Shown here: positions 23,856 to 32,541 of the stretch, in pieces
Numbering within the stretch: position 1 is the first letter of the stretch
How the letters are laid out: each line of letters starts with the position of its first letter
Source of the DNA: Bacteroidaceae bacterium
GTDB taxonomy: Bacteria > Bacteroidota > Bacteroidia > Bacteroidales > Bacteroidaceae
Length of the DNA stretch: 64,000 nt
Assembly: GCA_017483665.1 (NCBI GenBank)
Contig: JAFUVM010000082.1
Span: forward strand, 300 to 64,299
Reading direction: 5' to 3'
Notes under the pieces: model-generated
The model's database searches: none
Seen by the model: only the letters and a program-made list of their open reading frames with translations
Told to the model about the DNA's origin: nothing
Translations under genes and position numbers: made by a program

Positions 23856-23933
23856 TTTATAGGTCTTATGGGTCTTATAGGTCTTATAGGCCCTATGTGT
23901 CTTATAGGCCCTATAGGTCTTATAGGACTCATG
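23856..23933. repeat. 9-bp tandem ATAGGTCTT (about 8 units)
   Basis: tttataggtcttatgggtcttataggtcttataggccctatgtgtcttataggccctataggtcttataggac. The family recurs at 32465-32520 and 45131-45168. Confidence 0.9.
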
Positions 23934-23938
23934 GTGTT

Positions 23939-24949
23939 TCAGGGTTTCTCGTTGTATATTAGTTGTGTCATTGTTTGGCCCACAGCTTTGAGCACATTGC
24001 GGTCGATGTTCTCGGGAGTGTCCTGAATGGTATGCCATGTGGGGCCGAAGCTGCTGGGGCCATCGCTGTAGTATGGGATGATGTCGATGCAGGGGATGCC
24101 GGCGATGAGGTTCACGTTGACGTGGTCGTCGGTGATGTGTCCGCTCTCCCTTTGCGGGAAGAACTGGCGGTAGCCCAGTTGCCCGGCCAGTTGCCAGACT
24201 TTGCTGACGATGGGCGAGGCCAGTTGCATGCTGTAGCCTTCGTGCGAGAAGGTGGCTCCCCGGCCGCCCACCATGTCGAGCAGGATGCCGAAGCGGGCCT
24301 TGTAGCCGTCGGCCTTGGCGCGTTTCGCCCAGAAGTGCGAGCCGAGGCACCATGTGTCGGACGAGCCCAGGCGGTCTTCTGCCCATTGCGGCGTGCCGAG
24401 GTCTTCGGCGTCGAAGCAAATCAGGTCGATGCCGACATTTGCCGGGTGTTGCTGCAGGAGCCTGCAGAGTTCCAGCATGACTGCCACGCCGCTGGCTCCG
24501 TCGTTGGCTGCAAGGATGGGCGTATGCCAGTTGGCCTCGTTGTCGTCGTTGTCGGCCCAGGGACGGCTGTCCCAGTGGGCGCACAGCATGATGCGGTCCG
24601 TGTTGGACGGATTGATGTGGGCAATGATATTGCGGGCAGGGAGCTGAGTGCCGTCCCAGGTCGTGACGTTGGCTGTCTGTTCCTCCACCTCGGCGCCGAA
24701 CTGACGGAAGCGTCCGGCGATGTGGTCGCCGCATCGGTTTGCCGCTTCGCTGCCGGTGACGCGCGGCCCGAAGTGGCATTGCTCGTTGATGAAGAGCATG
24801 GCGCTGTCGGCCGAGAAGCTTGGACAGGGTGTCAGCGCGATGGTGTCTGCCGTGGAAGCCTTGCCTTTCGTCTGACCGCCGCAGGAGGCAAGGAGCAGAC
24901 ATGCAGTCAGGACCAGGAAGCAGAAGAATGCTTTGTTCATTCTTGTCAT
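23939..24949 (-). CDS. M28-family lipoprotein, glutaminyl-peptide cyclotransferase-like
   Basis: Lipobox LLLASCGG, then LCAHWDSRPWADND..NDGASGVAVMLEL..LICFDAEDLG. Confidence 0.85.
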   Translation of the reverse strand: MTRMNKAFFCFLVLTACLLLASCGGQTKGKASTADTIALTPCPSFSADSAMLFINEQCHFGPRVTGSEAANRCGDHIAGRFRQFGAEVEEQTANVTTWDGTQLPARNIIAHINPSNTDRIMLCAHWDSRPWADNDDNEANWHTPILAANDGASGVAVMLELCRLLQQHPANVGIDLICFDAEDLGTPQWAEDRLGSSDTWCLGSHFWAKRAKADGYKARFGILLDMVGGRGATFSHEGYSMQLASPIVSKVWQLAGQLGYRQFFPQRESGHITDDHVNVNLIAGIPCIDIIPYYSDGPSSFGPTWHTIQDTPENIDRNVLKAVGQTMTQLIYNEKP

Positions 24950-25003
24950 GAGGTTCGTTTGTTTTTTCGTTTTGACGTGATGTCGTTTAGACGTTGTTGT
25001 GGC

Positions 25004-26716
25004 TTAACTTCTGCTGCACGTTTCCATGACCCGCAGGAAGTTGCCGCCCATGATGAGGCGGATGTCGTCCTCCGAGAAGTGCCGTTGCAGAAGGTGCCGC
25101 GTGAAGTTGATGACCTCGGAGGCATCGGCAAGTCCGGGTACGCCGCCGTCGCCGTCGAAGTCCGTGCCGAGGCCGACATGCTCGACGCCCATTATGCGTG
25201 CTGCATGGCAGAGGTGGTCGACGGCATCGACGATGGTGGCCTGTCCGTCGGTGCGCAGGAATCCCTGGTAGACGGTGGTCTGTGCTACGCCGCCATGCTT
25301 GGCAAGTGCCCGCATCTGGTCGTCGGTGAGGTTGCGCGGATGGTTGCAGAGGGCACGTGCCGAGCTGTGGCTGCAGACGATGGGCACCGTGCTGAGTTCC
25401 AGGGCATCGTAGAAGCTTGTCTCGGCAGCGTGACTCATATCCACGAGGATGCCCAGGCGGTTCATCTCCTGTACCACTTCGCGTCCGAAGGGGCTCAGGC
25501 CGCCGTGTTCGGCATTGCCGCGTGCCGAGTCGCAGATGTCGTTGTCGCCGTTGTGGCAAAGGGTCATGTAGACGATGCCGCGCTGCCGGAAGTGTTCCAG
25601 CAGATGGAGGTCGTGACCGATTGCATAGCCGTTCTCTATGCCGCGCAGGATAGCTTTCTTGCCTTGTGCCTTGAGGCGCAGGATGTCGGCTCGCGTCTGT
25701 GCCAGTCCCACGCGGTCGCTGTTGGCTCTGACGATTTCCTCTATCTGTGTGAGCAGGAGGTCCGTGCGTGCTGTGACGGCTCGGTAGGCTTCCTCCGTAC
25801 GTTCGCCCTGCGGCAGGTAGGCCACCATGATGGAGGCATCGAGCCTTCCCTCCGTCATCTTGGGCAGATTGACGAGCACTTTGTCCGAACGCGTGCCGAA
25901 CATGGTGATGTTCTCCTGGCTGTCGTCGGTGAAGAACATCGGCGTGTCGCAGTGGCTGTCGAGCGTGATGTTGTTCTCGTGAATGTGTTTTGCCTGTGCA
26001 AAGGTGCGTGCTTCGTCGGTAAGCCAGCGGAAGATGGGCAACATCGTCTCGTCGCCCCGGAGGATGAAGCATTCGGGGTGCCACTGCAGGCCGAGCAGTG
26101 CCCTGTGTTCGCTCGATTCGATGGCCTCGATGATGCCGTCGGGACTTTGTGCCGTGATGCGCAGGTGCGGTCCCGGTTCGCGTACGGCCTGGTGGTGAAA
26201 GGAGTTGACGGGGAGTGTCTCTACGCCGAGGATGTTGCGGAGCAGGCTGCCCTCGCTGATGCGGACCGTGTGCGATGCGAACTCGCGGGGCATGTCCTGC
26301 GAGTGCTTGAGAAGGGCTGGCGGGGCGGGGGAGAGGCTGATGTCCTGCCAGACGCTTCCGCCCAGTGCCGCTGCCATCAGCTGTATGCCACGGCAGATGC
26401 CGAGCATGGGTATCTGCCGGTGGAAGGCTTCGCGGACGAGGAAGAGCTCTGCTGCGTCGCGTTGCGGACAGACGCTGTGCAGCAACGGCGAGGGTTCTTC
26501 GCCCAGGAGGAGCGGGTTGATGTCGCCGCCGCCCGAGAAGACGATGCCGTCGAGCGTGTCGAGCAGGTCGACGAGGGCCTCATGGTCTTCGTGTGGCGGA
26601 ACAACCACGGGCGTACCCCCTGCACGGAGCACCGAGAGGTAGTAGCCGTCGGCCAGTTCGCAGCCCTTTTCGCCGTAGTTGCCCGTGATGCCGATCAGGG
26701 GATGTTGCCTTGTCAT
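25004..26716 (-). CDS. Fusion of class-I glutamine amidotransferase-like peptidase C26 and membrane-dipeptidase (M19) domains
   Basis: Start at MTRQHPLIGITGNY (ATG 26716, ATGA overlap with the lrp stop). C26 motifs GICRGIQLM..FHHQ; M19 motifs LDSHCDTP..LCHNGDN..LVDMSHA..CSHS..GLGTDFDG. Confidence 0.85.
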   Translation of the reverse strand: MTRQHPLIGITGNYGEKGCELADGYYLSVLRAGGTPVVVPPHEDHEALVDLLDTLDGIVFSGGGDINPLLLGEEPSPLLHSVCPQRDAAELFLVREAFHRQIPMLGICRGIQLMAAALGGSVWQDISLSPAPPALLKHSQDMPREFASHTVRISEGSLLRNILGVETLPVNSFHHQAVREPGPHLRITAQSPDGIIEAIESSEHRALLGLQWHPECFILRGDETMLPIFRWLTDEARTFAQAKHIHENNITLDSHCDTPMFFTDDSQENITMFGTRSDKVLVNLPKMTEGRLDASIMVAYLPQGERTEEAYRAVTARTDLLLTQIEEIVRANSDRVGLAQTRADILRLKAQGKKAILRGIENGYAIGHDLHLLEHFRQRGIVYMTLCHNGDNDICDSARGNAEHGGLSPFGREVVQEMNRLGILVDMSHAAETSFYDALELSTVPIVCSHSSARALCNHPRNLTDDQMRALAKHGGVAQTTVYQGFLRTDGQATIVDAVDHLCHAARIMGVEHVGLGTDFDGDGGVPGLADASEVINFTRHLLQRHFSEDDIRLIMGGNFLRVMETCSRS

Positions 26717-27210
26717 GCTTCTTCCAGAGTGGAGGGTTTCGTCTCGGCATGCTGTGCGCCGATGGGCACTTCCTTCTTGATGCTTTGTTTCAGCGAGATA
26801 AGCGTCTCGGTGGAGACGACGCCGTTGATTTCCTGCAGACGGTCGTTGAGGAGTGTCATGAGGTGAGCGTTGTCGCGTGCATAGAGCTTGACGAGCATTG
26901 TGTAGGGGCCGGTCGTGAAGTGGCACTCCACGATTTCGGGAATCTTCTCGAACTCCTCCACTACGCGCTTGTACATGGAGCCTTTCTCCAGGGTGATGCC
27001 GACGTATGTGCAGGTGCTGTAGCCCAGGCTGACGGGATTGACGTGGAAGCCGGAGCCGACTATCACGCCGGCATCGATGAGGTGCTGCACGCGCTGGTGC
27101 ACGGCGGCACGGCTCACGCCACATTCCGCAGCAACGTCCTTGAAGGGCATGCGTGCGTTGCACGATATCATTTCCAGAATCTTTTTGTCCAGTTCATCTA
27201 TTTTTTCCAT
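26713..27210 (-). CDS. Lrp/AsnC family transcriptional regulator
   Basis: LDKKILEMISCNARMPFKDVAAECGVSRAAVHQRVQHL HTH motif plus a RAM-domain C-terminus. Confidence 0.9.
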   Translation of the reverse strand: MEKIDELDKKILEMISCNARMPFKDVAAECGVSRAAVHQRVQHLIDAGVIVGSGFHVNPVSLGYSTCTYVGITLEKGSMYKRVVEEFEKIPEIVECHFTTGPYTMLVKLYARDNAHLMTLLNDRLQEINGVVSTETLISLKQSIKKEVPIGAQHAETKPSTLEEA

Positions 27211-27243
27211 GGTAAAAACTATAGTTTGTTGTTAATATGTTAG

Positions 27244-27251
27244 CAAAAGTA
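27244..27251 (-). promoter_or_regulatory. -7 box TACTTTTG for the lrp operon
   Basis: Plus-strand caaaagta, 34 nt upstream of ATG 27210. Confidence 0.45.
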
Positions 27252-27414
27252 CACAATTCTTCTCATAATGCAATGAAAAAGCGAAAGAAAATGAGCTTAT
27301 CGGAACGTTTTTCTTTCAATATGCAAAACTGGGGCATTATGTTGCGCCAAAAGTCGTGGGCAAAGGAGGCAAGTTCCGTCAAAGAGACATCCGCGAACCG
27401 GACTGCAAAACACA

Positions 27415-27543
27415 GCACGCTCTTCCGGGAAACACGGCACGCGCTTCCGGGAAACACGGCACGCTCTTCCGAAATAAGCGCGAGGCTCTTCTGAAATAAG
27501 CGCGAGGCTCTTCCGAAATAAGCGCGAGGGGCTTCCGGGAGGA
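27415..27543. repeat. Array of 22-bp units (2 x CTTCCGGGAAACACGGCACGCG plus 3 x CTTCCGAAATAAGCGCGAGGCT)
   Basis: The last three units are the reverse complement of the 12910-12995 unit. Confidence 0.9.
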
Positions 27544-27681
27544 CGGCCTTTGGCCCGACAAAGCGGGGAAAGCCTCTATACATTATATATTATATAGGGA
27601 AGAACAGAAGCCCGAAGGTAAAAAACAGCCTTGTCGTACACTTTTTTGCCCAAAGTCGTTGGATGGTGTGATTATTTTTGC

Positions 27682-27689
27682 TAACTTTG
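27682..27689 (+). promoter_or_regulatory. -7 box TAACTTTG for the 27731 gene
   Basis: TAnnTTTG match 42 nt upstream of ATG 27731. Confidence 0.45.
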
Positions 27690-27730
27690 TGGGCAAACAC
27701 GATGAAAACAGTAATAAAATAACAACTTTT

Positions 27731-29158
27731 ATGTCAACAAGAAGAGATTTCCTAAAGGGAGTAAGCCTTGCCACGGCAGGCATGACCCTGAACCCTGTCG
27801 GCGTGTTCGCCATGACGAGCAAAGAGACCAAGCAGGCCAAGAGTGAAAAGGTGAAGATAGCCTACATCGGCATCGGCAACCGCGGACAGCAGAACATCGA
27901 CGAGTTTGCCAAGACAAACATGGTGGACGTCGTGGCCCTCTGCGACGTGGACCTGAACGGCAAACAGTGCGAGAAGGCCCTCAGCATGTACCCCAATGCC
28001 AAGCGCTACACCGACTTCCGCAAACTGTTCGAGGAGTATGGCGACCACTTCGACGCCGTTGCCGCCAGTGTGCCCGACCATATCCACTTCTTCGTAGCCA
28101 TGATGGCCCTGAAGTACGGCAAGCACATCTATCTGGAGAAACCTATGGTACGCACCTTCCAGGAGGCCGAACTGCTCATCGAAATGGCAAAGCGTCATCC
28201 CGAAATCGCCACACAGGTGGGCAACCAGGGACACTCCGAGGCCAACTACTTCCAGTTCAAGGCATGGAAGGAAGCCGGCATCATCAAGGACGTCACAGCC
28301 GTCACCGCCCACATGAACGAGGCACGCCGCTGGCACAAGTACGACTGGAACATGATAAAGATGCCCGAGGGCGATCCCATCCCCGAAGGTATGGACTACG
28401 ACACGTGGCACGGCGGCGTCCGCTACCACAACTTCAGCAAGCTCTACCACCAGGGCGACTGGCGCAGCTGGTACGACTTTGGCATGGGAGCGCTGGGCGA
28501 CTGGGGCGCTCACATCCTCGACACCGTCCATGAGTTCCTTAACCTTGGCCTGCCCTACGAGGTCACGTTGAAGTACGCAAAGTACCACAACGAGTTCTTC
28601 TACCCCTACAGCAGCACCATACTCTTCCGCTTCGGTGCCCGCGACGGCATGCCTCCCTGCGACGTCACCTGGTACGATGGCGTCGACAACCTGCCCCCTC
28701 TGCCCGAAGGCTACGGCAAGAGCGAGATGGCAGCAAACATCCCTGCCAGCGGACAGAACGACTTCAAGAACGCAGCAGCCAAGGTCAGCCCGGGCAAGAT
28801 CATCTACAGTCGCGACCTCATCTTCAAGGGCGGCAGCCACGGCAGCACTTTGAAGATTATCCCCGAGGAGAAGGCCAAGGAGATGGAAGGCAAGCTGCCC
28901 GAAGTGCCGAAGAGCCCCAGCAACCACTACGTCAACTTCCTGCGTGCCTGCCAGGGAACGGAGAAGACGCGTTCGCCCTTCGAAATCAACGGCGTGCTGA
29001 GCCAGGTGTTCTGCCTCGGCGTCATCGCCCAAAGGCTCAACGCACAGCTCTTCTTCGACCCGCGCACCAAGAAGTTCACCAACAACGAGTTCGCCAATGC
29101 CATGCTCACCGGCATGCCTCCCCGCCGCGGCTGGGAAGAGTTCTACAAGATTGACTGA
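27731..29158 (+). CDS. TAT-exported Gfo/Idh/MocA family oxidoreductase
   Basis: Twin-arginine signal MSTRRDFLKGVSLATAGM, then IAYIGIGNRGQ..VALCDVD..EKPM. Confidence 0.88.
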   Translation: MSTRRDFLKGVSLATAGMTLNPVGVFAMTSKETKQAKSEKVKIAYIGIGNRGQQNIDEFAKTNMVDVVALCDVDLNGKQCEKALSMYPNAKRYTDFRKLFEEYGDHFDAVAASVPDHIHFFVAMMALKYGKHIYLEKPMVRTFQEAELLIEMAKRHPEIATQVGNQGHSEANYFQFKAWKEAGIIKDVTAVTAHMNEARRWHKYDWNMIKMPEGDPIPEGMDYDTWHGGVRYHNFSKLYHQGDWRSWYDFGMGALGDWGAHILDTVHEFLNLGLPYEVTLKYAKYHNEFFYPYSSTILFRFGARDGMPPCDVTWYDGVDNLPPLPEGYGKSEMAANIPASGQNDFKNAAAKVSPGKIIYSRDLIFKGGSHGSTLKIIPEEKAKEMEGKLPEVPKSPSNHYVNFLRACQGTEKTRSPFEINGVLSQVFCLGVIAQRLNAQLFFDPRTKKFTNNEFANAMLTGMPPRRGWEEFYKID

Positions 29159-29164
29159 AAAAAA

Positions 29165-29248
29165 GTGGTTAGTGGTTAGTGCTTAGAGGTTAGAGAATAC
29201 CTTGGGTTCCCAAACATTCCTCTAACCTCTAACCCCTAACCTCTAACC
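29165..29248. repeat. GGTTAGAG-armed hairpin element (family copy 1)
   Basis: gtggttagtggttagtgcttagaggttagagaatacc-ttgggttcccaa-acattcctctaacctctaacccctaacctctaacc. Confidence 0.9.
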
Positions 29249-29267
29249 GCAAAATAAACAAAACGCA

Positions 29268-30026
29268 ATGAAAAAGATAGTATTAGCTATGGCGATGCTG
29301 GCTGTGCTGCCCGCATCTGCAAAAGAAAAGAAAGTGGTAACAGAGCCGGCTTCCGCTCCGACGACGGACAACGTGCTCACCGAACAGGAACAGCGCGAAG
29401 GCTGGAAGCTCCTTTGGGACGGCAAGACGACCAACGGATGGCGCGGCGCAAAGCTCCAGACCTTCCCCGAGAAGGGTTGGCGCATCGAGGACGGCATCCT
29501 GAAAGTGGAGAAAGCGAGCGGTGCCGAGAGCGGCAACGGCGGCGACATCGTCACGGAGAAGAACTACCACAACTTCATCCTGAAGGTCGATTTCAAGATA
29601 ACAGAAGGTGCCAACAGCGGCATCAAGTACTTCGTAGACCCCGACATGAACCTGGGCGAAGGCAGCGCCATCGGCTGTGAGTTCCAGATTCTCGACGACC
29701 TGCGCCACCCCGATGCCAAGCTCGGCGTGAAGGGCAACCGCAAACTCGGCTCGCTCTACGACCTCATCCCCGCTCCCGATCAGAAGCCTTTCGACATCAC
29801 CACATGGAACACGGCCTGCGTCATCGTGCAGGACAACCACGTGGAGCATTGGCTCAACGGCGTGAAGCTGCTTGAATACGAGCGCAACACACAGGAGTGG
29901 AATGCGCTCGTTGCCTACAGCAAGTACAAGAACTGGCCCAACTTCGGCAACCGCGACGGCCGCATCCTCCTGCAGGATCATGGCGACGAGGTGTGGTACA
30001 AGAACGTCAAGATAAAGGAACTGTAA
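29268..30026 (+). CDS. DUF1080 (3-keto-disaccharide hydrolase family) secreted protein
   Basis: [65 protein letters not shown]. Confidence 0.88.
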   Translation: MKKIVLAMAMLAVLPASAKEKKVVTEPASAPTTDNVLTEQEQREGWKLLWDGKTTNGWRGAKLQTFPEKGWRIEDGILKVEKASGAESGNGGDIVTEKNYHNFILKVDFKITEGANSGIKYFVDPDMNLGEGSAIGCEFQILDDLRHPDAKLGVKGNRKLGSLYDLIPAPDQKPFDITTWNTACVIVQDNHVEHWLNGVKLLEYERNTQEWNALVAYSKYKNWPNFGNRDGRILLQDHGDEVWYKNVKIKEL

Positions 30027-30040
30027 AGGAATTTTTTTAG

Positions 30041-30137
30041 TGATAAGAGGTAAGTGGTTAGGGGTTAGAGAATACCTTGGGCTCCTTATGGGCTGCTCGA
30101 ACATTCCTCTAACCTCTAACCCTAACCTCTAACCCCC
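30041..30137. repeat. GGTTAGAG-armed hairpin element (family copy 2)
   Basis: gataagaggtaagtggttaggggttagagaataccttggg...gaacattcctctaacctctaaccctaacctctaaccc. Confidence 0.9.
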
Positions 30138-30158
30138 AAACTAATAGTTAATGACCAA

Positions 30159-32456
30159 ATGAAAAGACTCATTCTGGCAGCCATTGCCACTTTCTTTTTC
30201 GCGGGCACATACGCTATCGACGACCCCGTGCAGTACGTCAATCCCCTCGTAGGCTCGCACTCTACGCCCGCCCTCTCCACTGGCAACACCTATCCTGCCA
30301 TCGCCCTTCCCTGGGGCATGAACTTCTGGACACCCCAGACCGGCAAGATGGGCAACGGATGGTGCTACTCCTATGACGCCGACAAGATTCGCGGCTTCAA
30401 GCAGACACACCAGCCCAGTCCGTGGATGAACGACTACGCTATGTTCAACATCATGCCGGAATGTGGCGACGCTCCCGTCTTTGATGAGGACAAACGCGCC
30501 AGCTGGTTCAGCCACAAGGCCGAGGTGAGCAAGCCGCATTACTACAAGGTTTACCTGGCCGACTACGACATCACCACCGAGATTGCCCCGACGAGCCGTG
30601 CCGCCATCTTCCGCTTCACCTGTGCCGAGGGCAAGAACTTCCTTATCGTCGATGCCTTCGACCGCGGTTCCTACGTCAAGGTTATCCCCGGAGAGAACAA
30701 GGTGGTGGGCTATACGACGCGCAACAGTGGCGGCGTGCCCGAAGACTTCAAGAACTACTTCGTGCTGCAGTTCGACCGCCCCTTCGCTTATACATCGACC
30801 GCCGACGAAGGCAAGGAGAGCAAGAACCTCGAGATGAAGAGCAAGCATGCCGCAGCCGCTGTGGGTTTCCTTGCGAAGCGCGGCGAGCAGATCAACGTGC
30901 GCGTTGCCAGCTCGTTCATCAGCATTGAGCAGGCCGAGCAGAACCTCAAGGAGCTTGGCAGCAAGAGCCTTGAAGAGGTGAGCGAGGCAGGCCGGCAGGA
31001 ATGGAACAAGGTGCTGAGCGTCATCGACGTGGACGACAATACGGACATCGACCGTCTGCGCACCTTCTACAGCTGCCTCTACCGCAGCACCCTCTTCCCC
31101 CGCAGCTTCTATGAAATCAATGCAAAGGGCGAAGTCGTGCACTACAGTCCCTACAACGGACAGGTGCTGCCCGGCTATCTCTTTGCCGATACGGGTTTCT
31201 GGGACACCTTCCGCGCCCTCTTCCCCATGGTCAACCTGATGTATCCGAGCATGAGCCAGAAGATGCAGGAAGGCTGGGCCAACGCTTACAAAGAGAGCGG
31301 CTTCCTGCCCGAATGGAGTGCTCCCGGCCACAGGGCCTGCATGGTGGGCAACAACTCCGCGAGCGTTGTGGCCGATGCCTACTTGAAAGGCATCCGCGGC
31401 TACGACATCGACGCCCTTTGGGAAGCAGTCAAGCACGGCGCAAATGCCGACCTTCCCCGCACGACCAGCGGCCGTAAGCAGTGGCAGACCTACAACAAAC
31501 TGGGCTACGTTCCCTACGACAGCATCAACGAGAGCGCTGCCCGTACCCTGGAATATGCCTTCGACGATTGGAGCATCTACAAGCTTGGTCAGGCACTTGG
31601 CAAGCCCGAGAAGGAAATCAAGGTGTATGCCGAGCACGCATTCAACTACAAGAACCTCTTCGACAAGAGTCATAATCTGATGCGCGGCAAGCTTGCCAAC
31701 GGCGAATGGGCCCCGAACTTCAACCCCTTCAAGTGGGGCGATGCCTTCACCGAAGGCAACAGCTGGCACTACTCCTGGAGCGTCTTCCACGACCCGCAGG
31801 GCTTGATTGACCTCATGGGCGGCAAGGATGTCTTCAACCAGATGCTGGACAGCGTGTTCATCCTGCCTCCTGTCTTCGACGACAGCTACTACGGCGGCGT
31901 CATCCACGAAATACGTGAGATGCAGATCATGAACATGGGTAACTACGCCCACGGCAACCAACCCATCCAACACATGATATATATGTACGCGTATAGCGGA
32001 CAGCCCTGGAAGTCGCAGTACTGGCTGCGCGAGACGATGAACCGCATGTACAACGCCCACGCCGACGGCTATTGCGGCGACGAGGACAACGGTCAGACCT
32101 CCGCTTGGTACATCTTTACGGCGATGGGCTTCTACCCCGTCTGCCCGGGCAGCGGCGAGTATGTGCTCGGAGCGCCTTACTTCAAGAAGATGACGCTGCA
32201 CCTGGAGAACGGCAAGGACGTGGTCATCACGGCTCCGCAGCAGAGCGACGAGAACCGCTACGTCGGCTCCCTCCGCGTGAACGGCACGGCCTACGACAAG
32301 AACTTCGTGAACCATACCGACCTCATCGCTGGCATGAAGATGGACTACACCATGCAGGCCCAGCCCAACCGCCAGCGCGGCACATCCGACGAGGCAGCTC
32401 CCTACTCCTTCAGCAAAGAGTACAAGCCTGCCGCCAAGGCAAAGAAAAAGAAGTAA
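30159..32456 (+). CDS. GH92 alpha-mannosidase
   Basis: VNPLVGS..STGNTYPAIALPWGMNFWTPQT..GDEDNGQTSAWYIF are GH92 hallmarks. Confidence 0.92.
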   Translation: MKRLILAAIATFFFAGTYAIDDPVQYVNPLVGSHSTPALSTGNTYPAIALPWGMNFWTPQTGKMGNGWCYSYDADKIRGFKQTHQPSPWMNDYAMFNIMPECGDAPVFDEDKRASWFSHKAEVSKPHYYKVYLADYDITTEIAPTSRAAIFRFTCAEGKNFLIVDAFDRGSYVKVIPGENKVVGYTTRNSGGVPEDFKNYFVLQFDRPFAYTSTADEGKESKNLEMKSKHAAAAVGFLAKRGEQINVRVASSFISIEQAEQNLKELGSKSLEEVSEAGRQEWNKVLSVIDVDDNTDIDRLRTFYSCLYRSTLFPRSFYEINAKGEVVHYSPYNGQVLPGYLFADTGFWDTFRALFPMVNLMYPSMSQKMQEGWANAYKESGFLPEWSAPGHRACMVGNNSASVVADAYLKGIRGYDIDALWEAVKHGANADLPRTTSGRKQWQTYNKLGYVPYDSINESAARTLEYAFDDWSIYKLGQALGKPEKEIKVYAEHAFNYKNLFDKSHNLMRGKLANGEWAPNFNPFKWGDAFTEGNSWHYSWSVFHDPQGLIDLMGGKDVFNQMLDSVFILPPVFDDSYYGGVIHEIREMQIMNMGNYAHGNQPIQHMIYMYAYSGQPWKSQYWLRETMNRMYNAHADGYCGDEDNGQTSAWYIFTAMGFYPVCPGSGEYVLGAPYFKKMTLHLENGKDVVITAPQQSDENRYVGSLRVNGTAYDKNFVNHTDLIAGMKMDYTMQAQPNRQRGTSDEAAPYSFSKEYKPAAKAKKKK

Positions 32457-32464
32457 GACCCACA

Positions 32465-32520
32465 GGATTCATAGGACTTATGGGGCCTATAAGACCTATG
32501 GGACCCATAGGACCTATGTC
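32465..32520. repeat. ATAGGNCYT-type tandem
   Basis: ggattcataggacttatggggcctataagacctatgggacccataggacctatg. Confidence 0.8.
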
Positions 32521-32541
32521 AATCAACAAAGATAACCGACA

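Noticed and set aside
23843-23932. N-terminal MSPIRPIGPIRHIGPIRPIRPIRP extension of the SufE-like ORF.
   Set aside because: It is encoded entirely by the 9-bp ATAGGTCTT tandem. The conserved SufE sequence begins at the internal MTINETQ.
30141-32315. 724-aa ORF antisense to the GH92 gene. Similar long antisense or shadow ORFs lie at 4149-5213, 23963-26866, 34511-36595, 45898-47673 and 54462-56213.
   Set aside because: Their translations are low-complexity and rich in A/G/V/R/H, with no recognisable motifs. The opposite strand encodes clearly conserved proteins. Long stop-free antisense frames are expected in GC-rich DNA.
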